Part shown: positions 38,453 to 48,203 of the stretch, piece by piece
How the letters are laid out: every line of letters begins with the position of its first letter
How positions within the stretch are numbered: the first letter of the stretch is position 1
Origin: an uncultured Clostridia bacterium
Lineage (GTDB): Bacteria; Bacillota; Clostridia; Oscillospirales; Ruminococcaceae
NCBI GenBank assembly: GCA_947624345.1
Contig: CANQJW010000001.1
Location: forward strand, 21,499-85,498
Length of the DNA: 64,000 bases
Reading direction: 5' to 3'
Translations under genes and position numbers: made by a program
The notes under the pieces: generated by a model
Database searches by the model: none
What the model saw: the letters and a program-made list of their open reading frames with translations, nothing else
What the model was told of the DNA's origin: nothing

Positions 38453-41062
38453 GTGAGATTAGCCGATGTTGATGTATCAAAGCTTTCGCCGATGATGCAA
38501 AAATATGTTGAAGTCAAGAAGAACTATAAGAATCACATTGTATTTTATAGGCTTGGTGATTTTTATGAAATGTTTTTTGATGACGCTATTGTTGTATCTC
38601 GTGAGCTTGAGCTTACTTTAACAGGGCGTGACTGCGGCTTAGAGGAGAGGGCTCCAATGTGCGGAGTTCCTCATCATGCCTGTGATGTTTATTTAAAAAA
38701 GCTGATTGATAAGGGCTTTATGGTTGCCATCTGTGAGCAGACAGAAGATCCGTCACAAGCAAAAGGACTGGTAAAAAGGGAAATTGTGCGAGTAGTTACA
38801 CCAGGAACGCTGATTGAGAGCAGTATGCTTGACGAAACGCAGAACAACTATATTTGCTCAGTCTTCTATAATGATAGTGAAGTGTCAATTTGTTTGACTG
38901 ATATTTCTACAGGAGAAGTGCATCTATATTTATTCAACGGATCAGATAAGGTATCGGACGCTGTGAATGAGCTTTCACGGTTTGAGCCTGTTGAGGTGTT
39001 GATGAACGACAAGGTTTTAAAGCTCAATGCGATAACATCGTTTATTAAAGAAAAGCTTAAGGCGAGTGTTTCGATTCTCGATGATAAGGATTTTGATATT
39101 TCGGTCAATAGAGAAGTTGTCTGCGAGCAGTTTTCTGTTACTGATTTGTCCGTTCTTTCGATAAATGAAAATAACGCAGAGGCAAATGCTGTAAGCGGTC
39201 TATTTAAATACATATATGATACACAAAAGGTTTTGATAGGCAGATTTACGGGTATTATAAAGCACGAAAACGATCCTCTTATGACCTTAGGTCTTACGGC
39301 TAGGAGAAATTTAGAGCTTATTGAAACTTTAAGAAACAAGGAAAAGAAAGGCACTCTGCTTTGGGTTCTTGATAAAAACAAAACATCTATGGGAAAAAGG
39401 CTTCTTAAAACCTTCATAGATCAGCCGCTGACTAACCCTACTAAGATAATGCAAAGACTCGACTCTGTTGAACAGCTTATCAAAAATCCTGTTGTACTAG
39501 GTGATTTAAGTGAAGCATTGGCAGGAGTTTATGATATTGAGCGTCTTATGACAAGGGTAATGTATAAAACGGCAACGCCCAGAGATTTAAAATCACTGTC
39601 AGCAACTGCAAAAAAGCTTCCTGAGATAAAAAGGCTGTTATCATCATTTTCCGCAAAACAGTTGGTTGAGGAGAATGCTAAGATTTCAACACTTCAGGAT
39701 GTTGAAAACCTGATTGAAAATTCTATTGTTGACGAACCGCCTGTTAATACAAAGGACGGCGGAGTAATAAAAGACGGATTTAACAAAAATCTGGACGAGC
39801 TTCGTGATATAATTCACGGAGGGAAAAGCATTATTGAAAACATTGCTGAAAGAGAAAGAGAACGAACAGGAATTAAAACGCTTAAAGTCGGATACAATCG
39901 TGTATTCGGATATTATATTGAGGTAACTAAACCAAATATTGATTTAGTACCTGATAGCTATATAAGAAAGCAAACTCTTACAAACTGTGAGAGATACATA
40001 ACTGAAGAGCTTAAAGATGCTGAAAATACTATTCTTGGTGCTAATGATAAGGTCATCTCACTGGAGCAGGACATATTTACTGAAGTGAGAGATTATATTG
40101 CAAAGCAGTTGACTATCGTTCAAGTAACTGCTTCGGCTCTTGCTTTGATTGATGTCCTATGTTCGTTTGCAAATGTTGCAACAGCAAACAACTATTCTAA
40201 GCCCGAGATAGCTATTGACGGCGTGATTGATATAAAAAAGGGAAGGCATCCTGTTGTTGAGCTTATGCAAAAAGACGAGGTGTTTGTTCCAAATGATGCA
40301 TATTTAGACTTGACAGAGAACAAAATGAGCATCATAACCGGTCCAAATATGTCAGGTAAATCTACTTATATGAGGCAGATTGCACTTATAACCCTTATGG
40401 CACAGATAGGCTCATTTGTACCTGCTGAGTATGCAAAAATCTCAGTTGTAGATCAGATATTTACAAGAGTAGGAGCTTCAGATGATCTGACATCGGGACA
40501 GTCTACTTTTATGGTTGAGATGAGTGAGGTCGCAGAGATTGTTAAAAATGCAACCCGGAACAGTCTGGTTATTTTAGACGAAGTCGGCAGGGGAACATCA
40601 ACCTTCGACGGAATAAGTATAGCAAGAAGTGTAGCAGAGTATATTTCCGGTTCTAAAAAACTGGGCTGTAAAACCCTCTTCGCAACTCATTATCACGAGC
40701 TTATTGAGCTTGAGAACGAACTCAGCGGAGTAAAGAATTACAGCGTTGCCGTTAAGAGAACTAATCAGGGAATAAAATTCCTTAGAAAAATCGTTAGAGG
40801 TGGAGTTGACGAAAGCTACGGAATTGAAGTTGCAAAATTAGCGGGGCTTCCGTCAAAGATAATTAACCGTGCTAATGAACTCTTAGAGGGGTTTGAAGAG
40901 GAACAGAGCAAGGTAAATATATCAAACCAAGATGAAATGCAAATTGATATGGATAGTATCAATGAGAAGATTGCAATAGAAAAGTTAAGAAAAACAAACA
41001 TTGATGAAATGAACGACGAAGAACTGAGATTTTACATTAAGGATGTTTTGAAATTCATTTAG
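38453..41062 (+). CDS. mutS: DNA mismatch repair protein MutS
   Basis: GTG start. TPMMQQY-like SPMMQKY, GDFYEMFFDDA, Walker A GPNMSGKST, DEVGRGTST, and TH.HEL. Confidence 0.95.
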   Translation: MRLADVDVSKLSPMMQKYVEVKKNYKNHIVFYRLGDFYEMFFDDAIVVSRELELTLTGRDCGLEERAPMCGVPHHACDVYLKKLIDKGFMVAICEQTEDPSQAKGLVKREIVRVVTPGTLIESSMLDETQNNYICSVFYNDSEVSICLTDISTGEVHLYLFNGSDKVSDAVNELSRFEPVEVLMNDKVLKLNAITSFIKEKLKASVSILDDKDFDISVNREVVCEQFSVTDLSVLSINENNAEANAVSGLFKYIYDTQKVLIGRFTGIIKHENDPLMTLGLTARRNLELIETLRNKEKKGTLLWVLDKNKTSMGKRLLKTFIDQPLTNPTKIMQRLDSVEQLIKNPVVLGDLSEALAGVYDIERLMTRVMYKTATPRDLKSLSATAKKLPEIKRLLSSFSAKQLVEENAKISTLQDVENLIENSIVDEPPVNTKDGGVIKDGFNKNLDELRDIIHGGKSIIENIAERERERTGIKTLKVGYNRVFGYYIEVTKPNIDLVPDSYIRKQTLTNCERYITEELKDAENTILGANDKVISLEQDIFTEVRDYIAKQLTIVQVTASALALIDVLCSFANVATANNYSKPEIAIDGVIDIKKGRHPVVELMQKDEVFVPNDAYLDLTENKMSIITGPNMSGKSTYMRQIALITLMAQIGSFVPAEYAKISVVDQIFTRVGASDDLTSGQSTFMVEMSEVAEIVKNATRNSLVILDEVGRGTSTFDGISIARSVAEYISGSKKLGCKTLFATHYHELIELENELSGVKNYSVAVKRTNQGIKFLRKIVRGGVDESYGIEVAKLAGLPSKIINRANELLEGFEEEQSKVNISNQDEMQIDMDSINEKIAIEKLRKTNIDEMNDEELRFYIKDVLKFI

Positions 41063-41083
41063 TGAATGGAGCGTAGTCGCAAA

Positions 41084-43009
41084 ATGCCTAAAATAAATGT
41101 ATTGACAAAAGAAGTTGCTGAACTGATAGCGGCAGGTGAGGTCATAGAGCGTCCGTCATCTGTTATCAAGGAACTTCTGGAAAATTCGATAGATTCGGGT
41201 GCTAATGTGATAACCGTTGAGATTAAAAACGGTGGACGCACATATATGAGGGTTACCGACAACGGCTGTGGAATGTCCGGTGAAGATATTCCTACGGCTT
41301 TTCTCCGTCACGCCACAAGCAAGATTAAATCTAAATACGATTTAGATAAAATTCTAACCCTTGGCTTCAGAGGAGAAGCACTGGCATCTATCTGTGCTGT
41401 ATCAAAAACGGAAGTGCTTTCAAAGGTTATAGATCAGGATTATGGAACTCATTATATCATTGAAGGTTCTGAAGAAAAGGTGAATGAAAAATCCGGCTGC
41501 CCGGATGGAACAACGATAGTTATAAGAGACATATTTTATAACATTCCCGCTAGACTGAAATTTTTGAAAAAGGATGTTACAGAGGGGAATGCTGTTTCGG
41601 CTGTTGTATCAAAGCTGGCACTGTCTCACCCTGAAATATCTTTCAAGCTTATTCGCGACAATAAAACCGAGCTTGTAACAGCAGGGGACGGAAAGCTGTT
41701 TTCTGCGATATATTCAGTTTTCGGAAAGACCTTTGCAAGCACTCTTATTCCTGTTGATTATTCATATAATGGAATAACTGTTAAGGGATATACTGTAAAG
41801 CCCCTTGACGCAAAGCCTAAACGGACATTTCAGAACTTTTTTATAAACAACAGATATGTAAAGTCAGTCACCTGTATGGTATCATTAGAAGAGGCATACA
41901 AAAATCAGATAATGACAGGAAAATTTCCGGCGTGTGTGCTGTGTATAGATATTCCGCCAAGTCTTGTTGATGTAAATGTTCATCCTGCGAAGATAGAAGT
42001 AAAATTTTCTAATGAGAAATTGATATATGAAAGCGTTTATTTTGCCGTTAAAAACGCACTGCTTCAAGACTCTTCACCAAAAGAGCTTGAACTTGAAAGC
42101 AAAAAGCACTTTTCGAGCAGTGAGCTTCATCAGTTCAGCAAGCCTGTCAGTGGAGTTCAGACGACTCTCAGCTTCAAGCCGGAATCACTCGCCGATAACA
42201 CCAGTAAGTCAGATGATTTTGTAAAGACTTATTTAAAAACATATGAAGAATGTTTAAGGGTTGAAGCTCCTGAGACTGAAAATGACAGCTATAAAAATGA
42301 AAGTAATAATGACATTACAAAGCTTATTCCCGAAGAGCCAAAGGACTTAGATGACTATAAGTTTTTGGATAGTTCTTCATTCATTAAGAAAGAGCCTGTC
42401 AGTCCTGAAAATTCAGTTGTGGAAAACGAGTTTAATAAATCAAAGCCTTTGGTAATCGGAGAGATTTTTAACACTTATATCATTGTTGAAAAGGATGATG
42501 AGATGTACCTTTTTGACAAGCATGCTGCTCACGAAAGATATATCTTTGAAAAAATCAAAAGTGAATCTGATAAGCTTGATTCACAAATGCTTTTTGAGCC
42601 ATGTGATGTTTTGCTGTCCTATGATGAATATGATGCACTTGTTTCTAACATTAAAAACGCCAAGCGGTTAGGGTTTATTCTAGAGGACGCAAACGCTCCA
42701 AGTATTAAGGTTTTGGGAGTGCCGGTGGTTATTGAGGATACTGATCCGTCTGATATAATCTCAGAGCTTGCTCACAATTTCTTAGAGCATCGTCAGAACC
42801 CAAATTTGTCACTTTTTGATGAGCTTTATCATTCAATCGCCTGCAAGGCGGCTATAAAGGGAAACATAAAGTCGGATAATATAGAGCTTCAAAGTCTCAT
42901 AGATAAAATATTTGACGATGAAAATATAAGATACTGTCCTCATGGAAGGCCTGTTTTTACGAAAATCTCAAAGAAAGAAATTGAAAAACAATTCAAGCGT
43001 ATTGTGTAA
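41084..43009 (+). CDS. mutL: DNA mismatch repair protein MutL
   Basis: From ATG 41084 the N-terminus MPKINVLTKEVAELIAAGEVIERPSSVIKELLENS aligns residue for residue with the B. subtilis MutL N-terminus (from memory). GHKL ATPase motifs DNGCGM and GFRGEAL. C-terminal endonuclease-type motifs are also present. Confidence 0.9.
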   Translation: MPKINVLTKEVAELIAAGEVIERPSSVIKELLENSIDSGANVITVEIKNGGRTYMRVTDNGCGMSGEDIPTAFLRHATSKIKSKYDLDKILTLGFRGEALASICAVSKTEVLSKVIDQDYGTHYIIEGSEEKVNEKSGCPDGTTIVIRDIFYNIPARLKFLKKDVTEGNAVSAVVSKLALSHPEISFKLIRDNKTELVTAGDGKLFSAIYSVFGKTFASTLIPVDYSYNGITVKGYTVKPLDAKPKRTFQNFFINNRYVKSVTCMVSLEEAYKNQIMTGKFPACVLCIDIPPSLVDVNVHPAKIEVKFSNEKLIYESVYFAVKNALLQDSSPKELELESKKHFSSSELHQFSKPVSGVQTTLSFKPESLADNTSKSDDFVKTYLKTYEECLRVEAPETENDSYKNESNNDITKLIPEEPKDLDDYKFLDSSSFIKKEPVSPENSVVENEFNKSKPLVIGEIFNTYIIVEKDDEMYLFDKHAAHERYIFEKIKSESDKLDSQMLFEPCDVLLSYDEYDALVSNIKNAKRLGFILEDANAPSIKVLGVPVVIEDTDPSDIISELAHNFLEHRQNPNLSLFDELYHSIACKAAIKGNIKSDNIELQSLIDKIFDDENIRYCPHGRPVFTKISKKEIEKQFKRIV

Positions 43010-43032
43010 TCTCATTTTAAGGAGAGTTTTAA

Positions 43033-43974
43033 TTGGCAAAGCAACCTATTATCGTAGTTCTCGGACCTACTGCATCAGGAAAAACAGCATTGGCCATTGA
43101 GCTGGCAAAGCATTATAACGGAGAAGTAATCTCTGCCGACTCTATGCAGATATACAAGGGTATGGATATACTTACTGCAAAGCCCACAGCGTCTGAAATG
43201 CAGGGTGTAAATCATCATCTTATAGATTTTTTAGAGCCTGAAACAAATTTTAGCGTTGCTGATTATGTTAGACTAGCAAATGATGCTGTTGATGATATTG
43301 TAAGTCGAGGAAAGCATGTCATTCTTGCAGGCGGGACGGGGCTTTATATAAACTCGCTTATTGATAACATAAAATTCGATGAGACAACAGGAGATAAGGA
43401 GTTTCGTGAGAGGCTTTTTGCTCTTGTAAAGGAAAAGGGAAACCACTATCTTTGGAAAAAGCTATATGAAGTTGATGAATCTTCTGCATTAACTATTCAC
43501 GAAAACAATGTTCCCAGAGTTGTAAGAGCATTAGAGGTTTTTGAAAAAACAGGAGAAAAACTATCAGAACATAAAAAATCCAGCAGACTTGAAGAGTCAA
43601 GATTTATTCCTGTAATTATAGGTCTTACCTTTTCGGATAGGCAGCTGCTTTATGATAGGATAAACAAGAGGGTAGACGCTATGATTGCAGATGGTCTGAT
43701 AGACGAGGCAGAAGAAATATATATAAATAAAAAGCTTAATACAGCACATCAGGCGATCGGTTATAAAGAGCTTATCCCATATTTTTGTGGACAAGCTTCA
43801 CTTGAAGATTGTATAGATAAAATAAAGATGGAAACAAGACGATATGCAAAGCGTCAGCTTACCTGGTTTAGAAGAGATGAGCGGATTTTTTGGATAGAGG
43901 TTGATAAATACAAAAATATTGAAGAAATTTCAGAAAAAGTGAAAAAACATATAGCCAAATGTATAAATTTATGA
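43033..43974 (+). CDS. miaA: tRNA dimethylallyltransferase MiaA
   Basis: TTG start. P-loop GPTASGKT, SADSMQIYKGMDI, and GGTGLY. Confidence 0.9.
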   Translation: MAKQPIIVVLGPTASGKTALAIELAKHYNGEVISADSMQIYKGMDILTAKPTASEMQGVNHHLIDFLEPETNFSVADYVRLANDAVDDIVSRGKHVILAGGTGLYINSLIDNIKFDETTGDKEFRERLFALVKEKGNHYLWKKLYEVDESSALTIHENNVPRVVRALEVFEKTGEKLSEHKKSSRLEESRFIPVIIGLTFSDRQLLYDRINKRVDAMIADGLIDEAEEIYINKKLNTAHQAIGYKELIPYFCGQASLEDCIDKIKMETRRYAKRQLTWFRRDERIFWIEVDKYKNIEEISEKVKKHIAKCINL

Positions 43975-44009
43975 TATAATCATTATATATTTTGAAAGGA
44001 AGAGACAAT

Positions 44010-44246
44010 ATGAACAAGGGAATGAATTTGCAGGATGTATTTTTAAATCAGGCTAGAAAAGAAAAGGTGCCTGTAACAATTTTTTTAGTGAACGGATTTC
44101 AGTTCAAGGGATTTGTTCACGGCTTTGACAGCTACATAGTTATTTTAGAATCTGACGGAAAGCAGAATGTAGTTTATAAGCACGCAATTTCTACAATTGC
44201 TCCTTCAAAACCTATAAATTTACTTGATTCAAATAATGATAATTAG
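44010..44246 (+). CDS. hfq: RNA chaperone Hfq
   Basis: [34 protein letters not shown] and YKHAIST (Sm1/Sm2 motifs). Start at the ATG after AAAGGAAG. Confidence 0.9.
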   Translation: MNKGMNLQDVFLNQARKEKVPVTIFLVNGFQFKGFVHGFDSYIVILESDGKQNVVYKHAISTIAPSKPINLLDSNNDN

Positions 44247-44277
44247 ATTATTCATTTGATTACTTGAGGTTATAAAA

Positions 44278-45513
44278 ATGAATTCAATTACAGTTAAAGT
44301 TATGGGTGTTGCTTTATCTGTTTTTATATTGATTATGGTTGGCAGTCAGATTGCCTTTATGATAAATGACTCTCACAACACCGAGGAAGCCGTGCTTTAT
44401 ACCGTAAATGAGAATATTTCTTTCAAGGGAATGTTTCTGCGTGATGAACGGATTATAAAGTATAATAATACAACCGATGGAGTTGTAAATTATCTGTATA
44501 ATGACGGTTTAAAGGTTTCTGAGAGTTCTGATATCGCAAAGGTTTATAGTAATGAAGACCAAATTTATTATAGAAACAGATTATCAAGGCTTAAAAAAGT
44601 TTTATCTGATTTAAGAAGAGCTCAAAGGCCGGGTACAACTAATTATGTGCAGGCAGAGGCTCTAAGAAGTAATATAGAGAATTCTTATCTTAGTGTTACT
44701 AATATGATTCAGAAAAAGGATTATTCGTCAATTCTCTCTGAGAGTGATGATATGCTTTACACAATGAATATATATAACATTGTTACAGGAAGAGTCGATA
44801 ATTTTAAGCCCACATTAAAGCAGTTAAAGTCTGAAATAAAAGAGTTTAAAGCGCAAATCGAGGCGCCTATTGGCAGCGTTAAATCAAGCAGTGCAGGTTA
44901 TTTTGTAAAATCTGTTGATGGATATGAGGCTTCAGTATCGTATGATGATATAGAAAATATGTCAACTGATGAGCTCAAAAAGCTTCTTGATATAGAGCCT
45001 GAGATTCCCGAAAATGCAGTAGGAAAGCTATTAAAAAGCTACGAGTGGAAATTCCTCGGCATAATAGAAAACACAAACAAATTTTTAATTAACGATGGAT
45101 TATCCATCAGATTCAATTCGTCTAATAAGGTATATGACGTTACGGTTGATAGTATTAAGCCAATTGACGGAACTGATACAAGTGTTATAATTCTTAGCTG
45201 TAATGAGATTGACGAAGCTGTGTTGAACAGCAGATTTGACAATGCTGAGCTGATTTTTGATGAATATACAGGAATTAAGCTTCCAAGAGAGGCTATCAGG
45301 TTTCAGGGCAATCAAAAGGGTGCCTATGTTATGCAGGGGCAAGATATTACTTTTAAAAAGGTTGATGTAATATACGAAGGCGATGATTATGTGTTGTCAA
45401 GAAACACCTCAGATGACAATTATCTTCTTTTATATGACAAAATTCTTTTAGAGGGGGTCAGTGCAGATGAAGTCTCTTCATCAGGAACATCAAACGACTC
45501 AGGAACAGATTAA
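44278..45513 (+). CDS. Membrane-anchored HlyD/membrane-fusion-like protein (function unknown)
   Basis: 411 aa. N-terminal TM helix, a long predicted coiled-coil segment (about aa 90-200), then a beta-rich C-terminal part. The family call rests on architecture only. Confidence 0.45.
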   Translation: MNSITVKVMGVALSVFILIMVGSQIAFMINDSHNTEEAVLYTVNENISFKGMFLRDERIIKYNNTTDGVVNYLYNDGLKVSESSDIAKVYSNEDQIYYRNRLSRLKKVLSDLRRAQRPGTTNYVQAEALRSNIENSYLSVTNMIQKKDYSSILSESDDMLYTMNIYNIVTGRVDNFKPTLKQLKSEIKEFKAQIEAPIGSVKSSSAGYFVKSVDGYEASVSYDDIENMSTDELKKLLDIEPEIPENAVGKLLKSYEWKFLGIIENTNKFLINDGLSIRFNSSNKVYDVTVDSIKPIDGTDTSVIILSCNEIDEAVLNSRFDNAELIFDEYTGIKLPREAIRFQGNQKGAYVMQGQDITFKKVDVIYEGDDYVLSRNTSDDNYLLLYDKILLEGVSADEVSSSGTSNDSGTD

Positions 45514-46216
45514 GAATAAAAAATTTGAATATTTAGTTGAAAACTATAAAGAAATATGTTATAATATAAAAGATAGTAATTCTAAATACAGAGATAATGA
45601 TGATAATATACGAATTATGGCTGTTACCAAGACTGTGGAGCCTGAGCTTATCAACTTTGCTATTGAGCAGGGAATAAATTTGCTGGGCGAAAACCGAGTT
45701 CAGGAGTTCCTTTCAAAGAAGGATTCATACAAGCCATGCGAAGTTCAGTTTATAGGGCATTTACAGACAAACAAGGTTAAGTATATTATCAATGATGTAT
45801 CTCAGATTCAATCTGTTGATAGCTTTAAGCTGGCGCAAGAGATTGATAGACAGGCTAGGAAAAATGATAAAGTAATGAATATACTTATCGAGGTAAATAT
45901 CGGTGATGAGTTATCAAAAAGCGGTATTTCAAAAAGTGATGTTTTAGAGCTTGCAAAGAGAATAACAGAGCTTGAAAATGTCAGGATAAACGGTTTGATG
46001 GCTATTCCGCCGATAAATGCCGGTGATAGTATATACGCCAGTTTGCAGGAGCTTTATCAAGAAATAGGACAAAAGAAAATAAATCGTATCAATATGAATG
46101 TACTTTCTGTTGGTATGTCGGGAGATTACATAAAGGCCGTTAAGTACGGTTCTAATCTCGTGAGAATAGGAACTAAGCTCTTCGGAGCCAGAAAATACTT
46201 GGAGGTATCAAAATGA
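45461..46216 (+). CDS. yggS: YggS/YlmE-family PLP-binding protein
   Basis: PLP-lysine motif IMAVTKT, then GENRVQE, HLQTNK and MGMSGDY-like VGMSGDY. The annotated ATG overlaps the upstream gene by 53 nt, so the true start is uncertain. Confidence 0.85.
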   Translation: MQMKSLHQEHQTTQEQIKNKKFEYLVENYKEICYNIKDSNSKYRDNDDNIRIMAVTKTVEPELINFAIEQGINLLGENRVQEFLSKKDSYKPCEVQFIGHLQTNKVKYIINDVSQIQSVDSFKLAQEIDRQARKNDKVMNILIEVNIGDELSKSGISKSDVLELAKRITELENVRINGLMAIPPINAGDSIYASLQELYQEIGQKKINRINMNVLSVGMSGDYIKAVKYGSNLVRIGTKLFGARKYLEVSK

Positions 46217-46635
46217 GTGTTATGCAAAACTTGAAAAACCTTTTCATCGGTAGCGATGAAACAGCAGATGACTATGAGTCTTTCTACGGCAGGGAAGATA
46301 TGTCATCACAAGATGTCAGCGATAGAAGAAACAGAGAAGTAAAAATCGCTGCAACAACTACTTTACAGATCGTTCTTGCAAGACCTACAGATTTTTCAGA
46401 GGTTAAGGCGATCGGTGACGATCTTAACGATCAGAAGACTGTTCTTCTCAACCTTGAAACAGTCAGAAGCGAGGACGCTAAGAGAATTCTTGACTTTTTG
46501 TCCGGAGTTGCATATGCAAATGGTGCTGACATCAAGATGATGGCTCAAAAGACATTTGCAATTATGCCTAAGAATGTTGGATTCCAGGGCGTTGACTTGA
46601 TGAATGAATTAGAGAACAACGGATACAGCTTTTAA
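46213..46635 (+). CDS. sepF: Cell division protein SepF
   Basis: 140 aa. Conserved C-terminal domain IVLARPTDFSEVKAIGDDL...VLLNLE...AKRILDFLSG. Confidence 0.85.
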   Translation: MSVMQNLKNLFIGSDETADDYESFYGREDMSSQDVSDRRNREVKIAATTTLQIVLARPTDFSEVKAIGDDLNDQKTVLLNLETVRSEDAKRILDFLSGVAYANGADIKMMAQKTFAIMPKNVGFQGVDLMNELENNGYSF

Positions 46636-47420
46636 TGAAGGAGTTTAACAGCTCTTTCTTGAAGAATCTATCAAAGCAGGATCATCTACTTGTTGATAAA
46701 ATCGTTGATTGGACTAATATTGCAAATGAGAAGTATACGGAGAAATTCTCATTCTTTTTGGATTGCCATCAGTCAAAGATTGCGAAACAGGTACTTGATT
46801 CGCTAAAATTTGATAACTATAAATTTTTTGGCGGTTATGATGATGCTCACAGGCTTGTTCTGGGGGTTTTTCCGCCTTATAATGAAATTAGCAACAATGA
46901 TTTTCCTGTAAAAGGACTGACTTTTACATACAGAAAATGTGATGTTTTGACGCATCGTGATGTTCTTGGAAGCCTAATGTCATTAAAGATTTTAAGAGAA
47001 TGTATAGGCGATATTATCATCAGCGAGGGCAAAACAATTGTCTTTGTTGTTGACAAAATTCTGCCTTTAATTCTTGAAAATGTACATAAAATCGGTAGAA
47101 TAGGTGTTAAGACAGAAATCGGATTTGATTTATCAGATGTTGCTTTAGAACAAAAATTTTCTGATATAAGTGGTACAGTTGCGTCTTTGAGAGCAGACTG
47201 CGTCATTGCACTGGCGATAAACAAGAGTCGGGAAAAGACTTCACAACTTATAAAAACGAATGGTGTTATTATAGATTATGACGAAGTATTTTCTCCCAGC
47301 TATGAAATGTGTGAAGGTATTTGCTTTTCCATTCGTGGGTACGGAAAATTTTTGTTAGGCTCTGTTAATGGGCTGTCAAGGAAAAATCGTTTACACATAA
47401 CGATTAAAAAATACGATTAA
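46635..47420 (+). CDS. ylmH: YlmH-like RNA-binding protein (S4 domain)
   Basis: 261 aa. HRDVLGSLM motif and a C-terminal S4-like segment. Canonical position between sepF and divIVA. Confidence 0.75.
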   Translation: MKEFNSSFLKNLSKQDHLLVDKIVDWTNIANEKYTEKFSFFLDCHQSKIAKQVLDSLKFDNYKFFGGYDDAHRLVLGVFPPYNEISNNDFPVKGLTFTYRKCDVLTHRDVLGSLMSLKILRECIGDIIISEGKTIVFVVDKILPLILENVHKIGRIGVKTEIGFDLSDVALEQKFSDISGTVASLRADCVIALAINKSREKTSQLIKTNGVIIDYDEVFSPSYEMCEGICFSIRGYGKFLLGSVNGLSRKNRLHITIKKYD

Positions 47421-47443
47421 ATATTTCTTTAGGAGGCAATATT

Positions 47444-48184
47444 ATGATCAATCCAAACGATATAGCTGAAAAAACCTTTGAAAAAGCTACATTCGGTTAC
47501 AAATCTGAAGATGTTGACGAGTATCTTCTCGGTCTTTCAAAAGCATTTGCTGATGTAGTTTCTCAGAATCAGGAGAGCGAGGCTAAAATTATCAAGCTTG
47601 TTGAAAAAATCAATGAGTATAGAAATGATGAAGACGCTATTAAAGAGGCATTGCTTGGTGCTCAGAAGCAGGGTCACAAGATTATTTCCGAGGCAAAGGC
47701 TGAGGCTGAGGCTATACTGAATAAGGCTCGTGAGGAGCAGGAAATTGTTTCACGCCAAAGCGCTGAGGAATGTGACAGGATTGTTCGTGAACACAAGGCT
47801 AAGTGTGAAACTCTTATTAGAGAAAATACTGAAAAAACCGAAAACAGAATTAAGTCATCTAAGATTCAGAGTGAGCAGGAGGCTGAAAACCTTGCTAAGT
47901 TGAAGGTTGAGGTTACACGCTTTAAGGCTCAGCTTACTGAACTTTACAACAAGCAGTTAAGACTTATTATGGAGCTTCCTGAGATTTCCGAAGATGAGGT
48001 TGAACAGATTATTGCTGAGAAGGAAGCAAGAGAGAAGAAGCTTGAAGAGAGTAAAGCTATTATCGATAAGGCACAGGAGATTGCTGCTCATGGAGGTGTT
48101 AAGGACAACTTCCACTATGAGGGAAATAAATATACTCCTGATGAAGGTCATTACGGTGATTTGAAATTCGGAAAAAACAACTAA
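47444..48184 (+). CDS. divIVA: DivIVA-domain cell division/septum-site protein
   Basis: N-terminus I.EKTFEKATFGYKSEDVDEYL, then a long coiled coil. Confidence 0.85.
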   Translation: MINPNDIAEKTFEKATFGYKSEDVDEYLLGLSKAFADVVSQNQESEAKIIKLVEKINEYRNDEDAIKEALLGAQKQGHKIISEAKAEAEAILNKAREEQEIVSRQSAEECDRIVREHKAKCETLIRENTEKTENRIKSSKIQSEQEAENLAKLKVEVTRFKAQLTELYNKQLRLIMELPEISEDEVEQIIAEKEAREKKLEESKAIIDKAQEIAAHGGVKDNFHYEGNKYTPDEGHYGDLKFGKNN

Positions 48185-48203
48185 GATTTAAGGAGACTTT
48201 TTA

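Noticed and set aside
38866-39417. Long antisense ORFs inside well-supported genes. Examples: 38866..39417 in mutS, 50399..50947 in ileS, 5893..6333 in rsgA, 25978..26424 in tsaC, 11191..11592 in rnhB, 10533..10934 in rbgA, 57415..57825 in ligA.
   Set aside because: All lie opposite strongly recognisable coding frames. Their Ser/Leu/Ile-rich, low-complexity translations are typical of the reverse frame of purine-rich genes. They have no SD, and I recognise no family.
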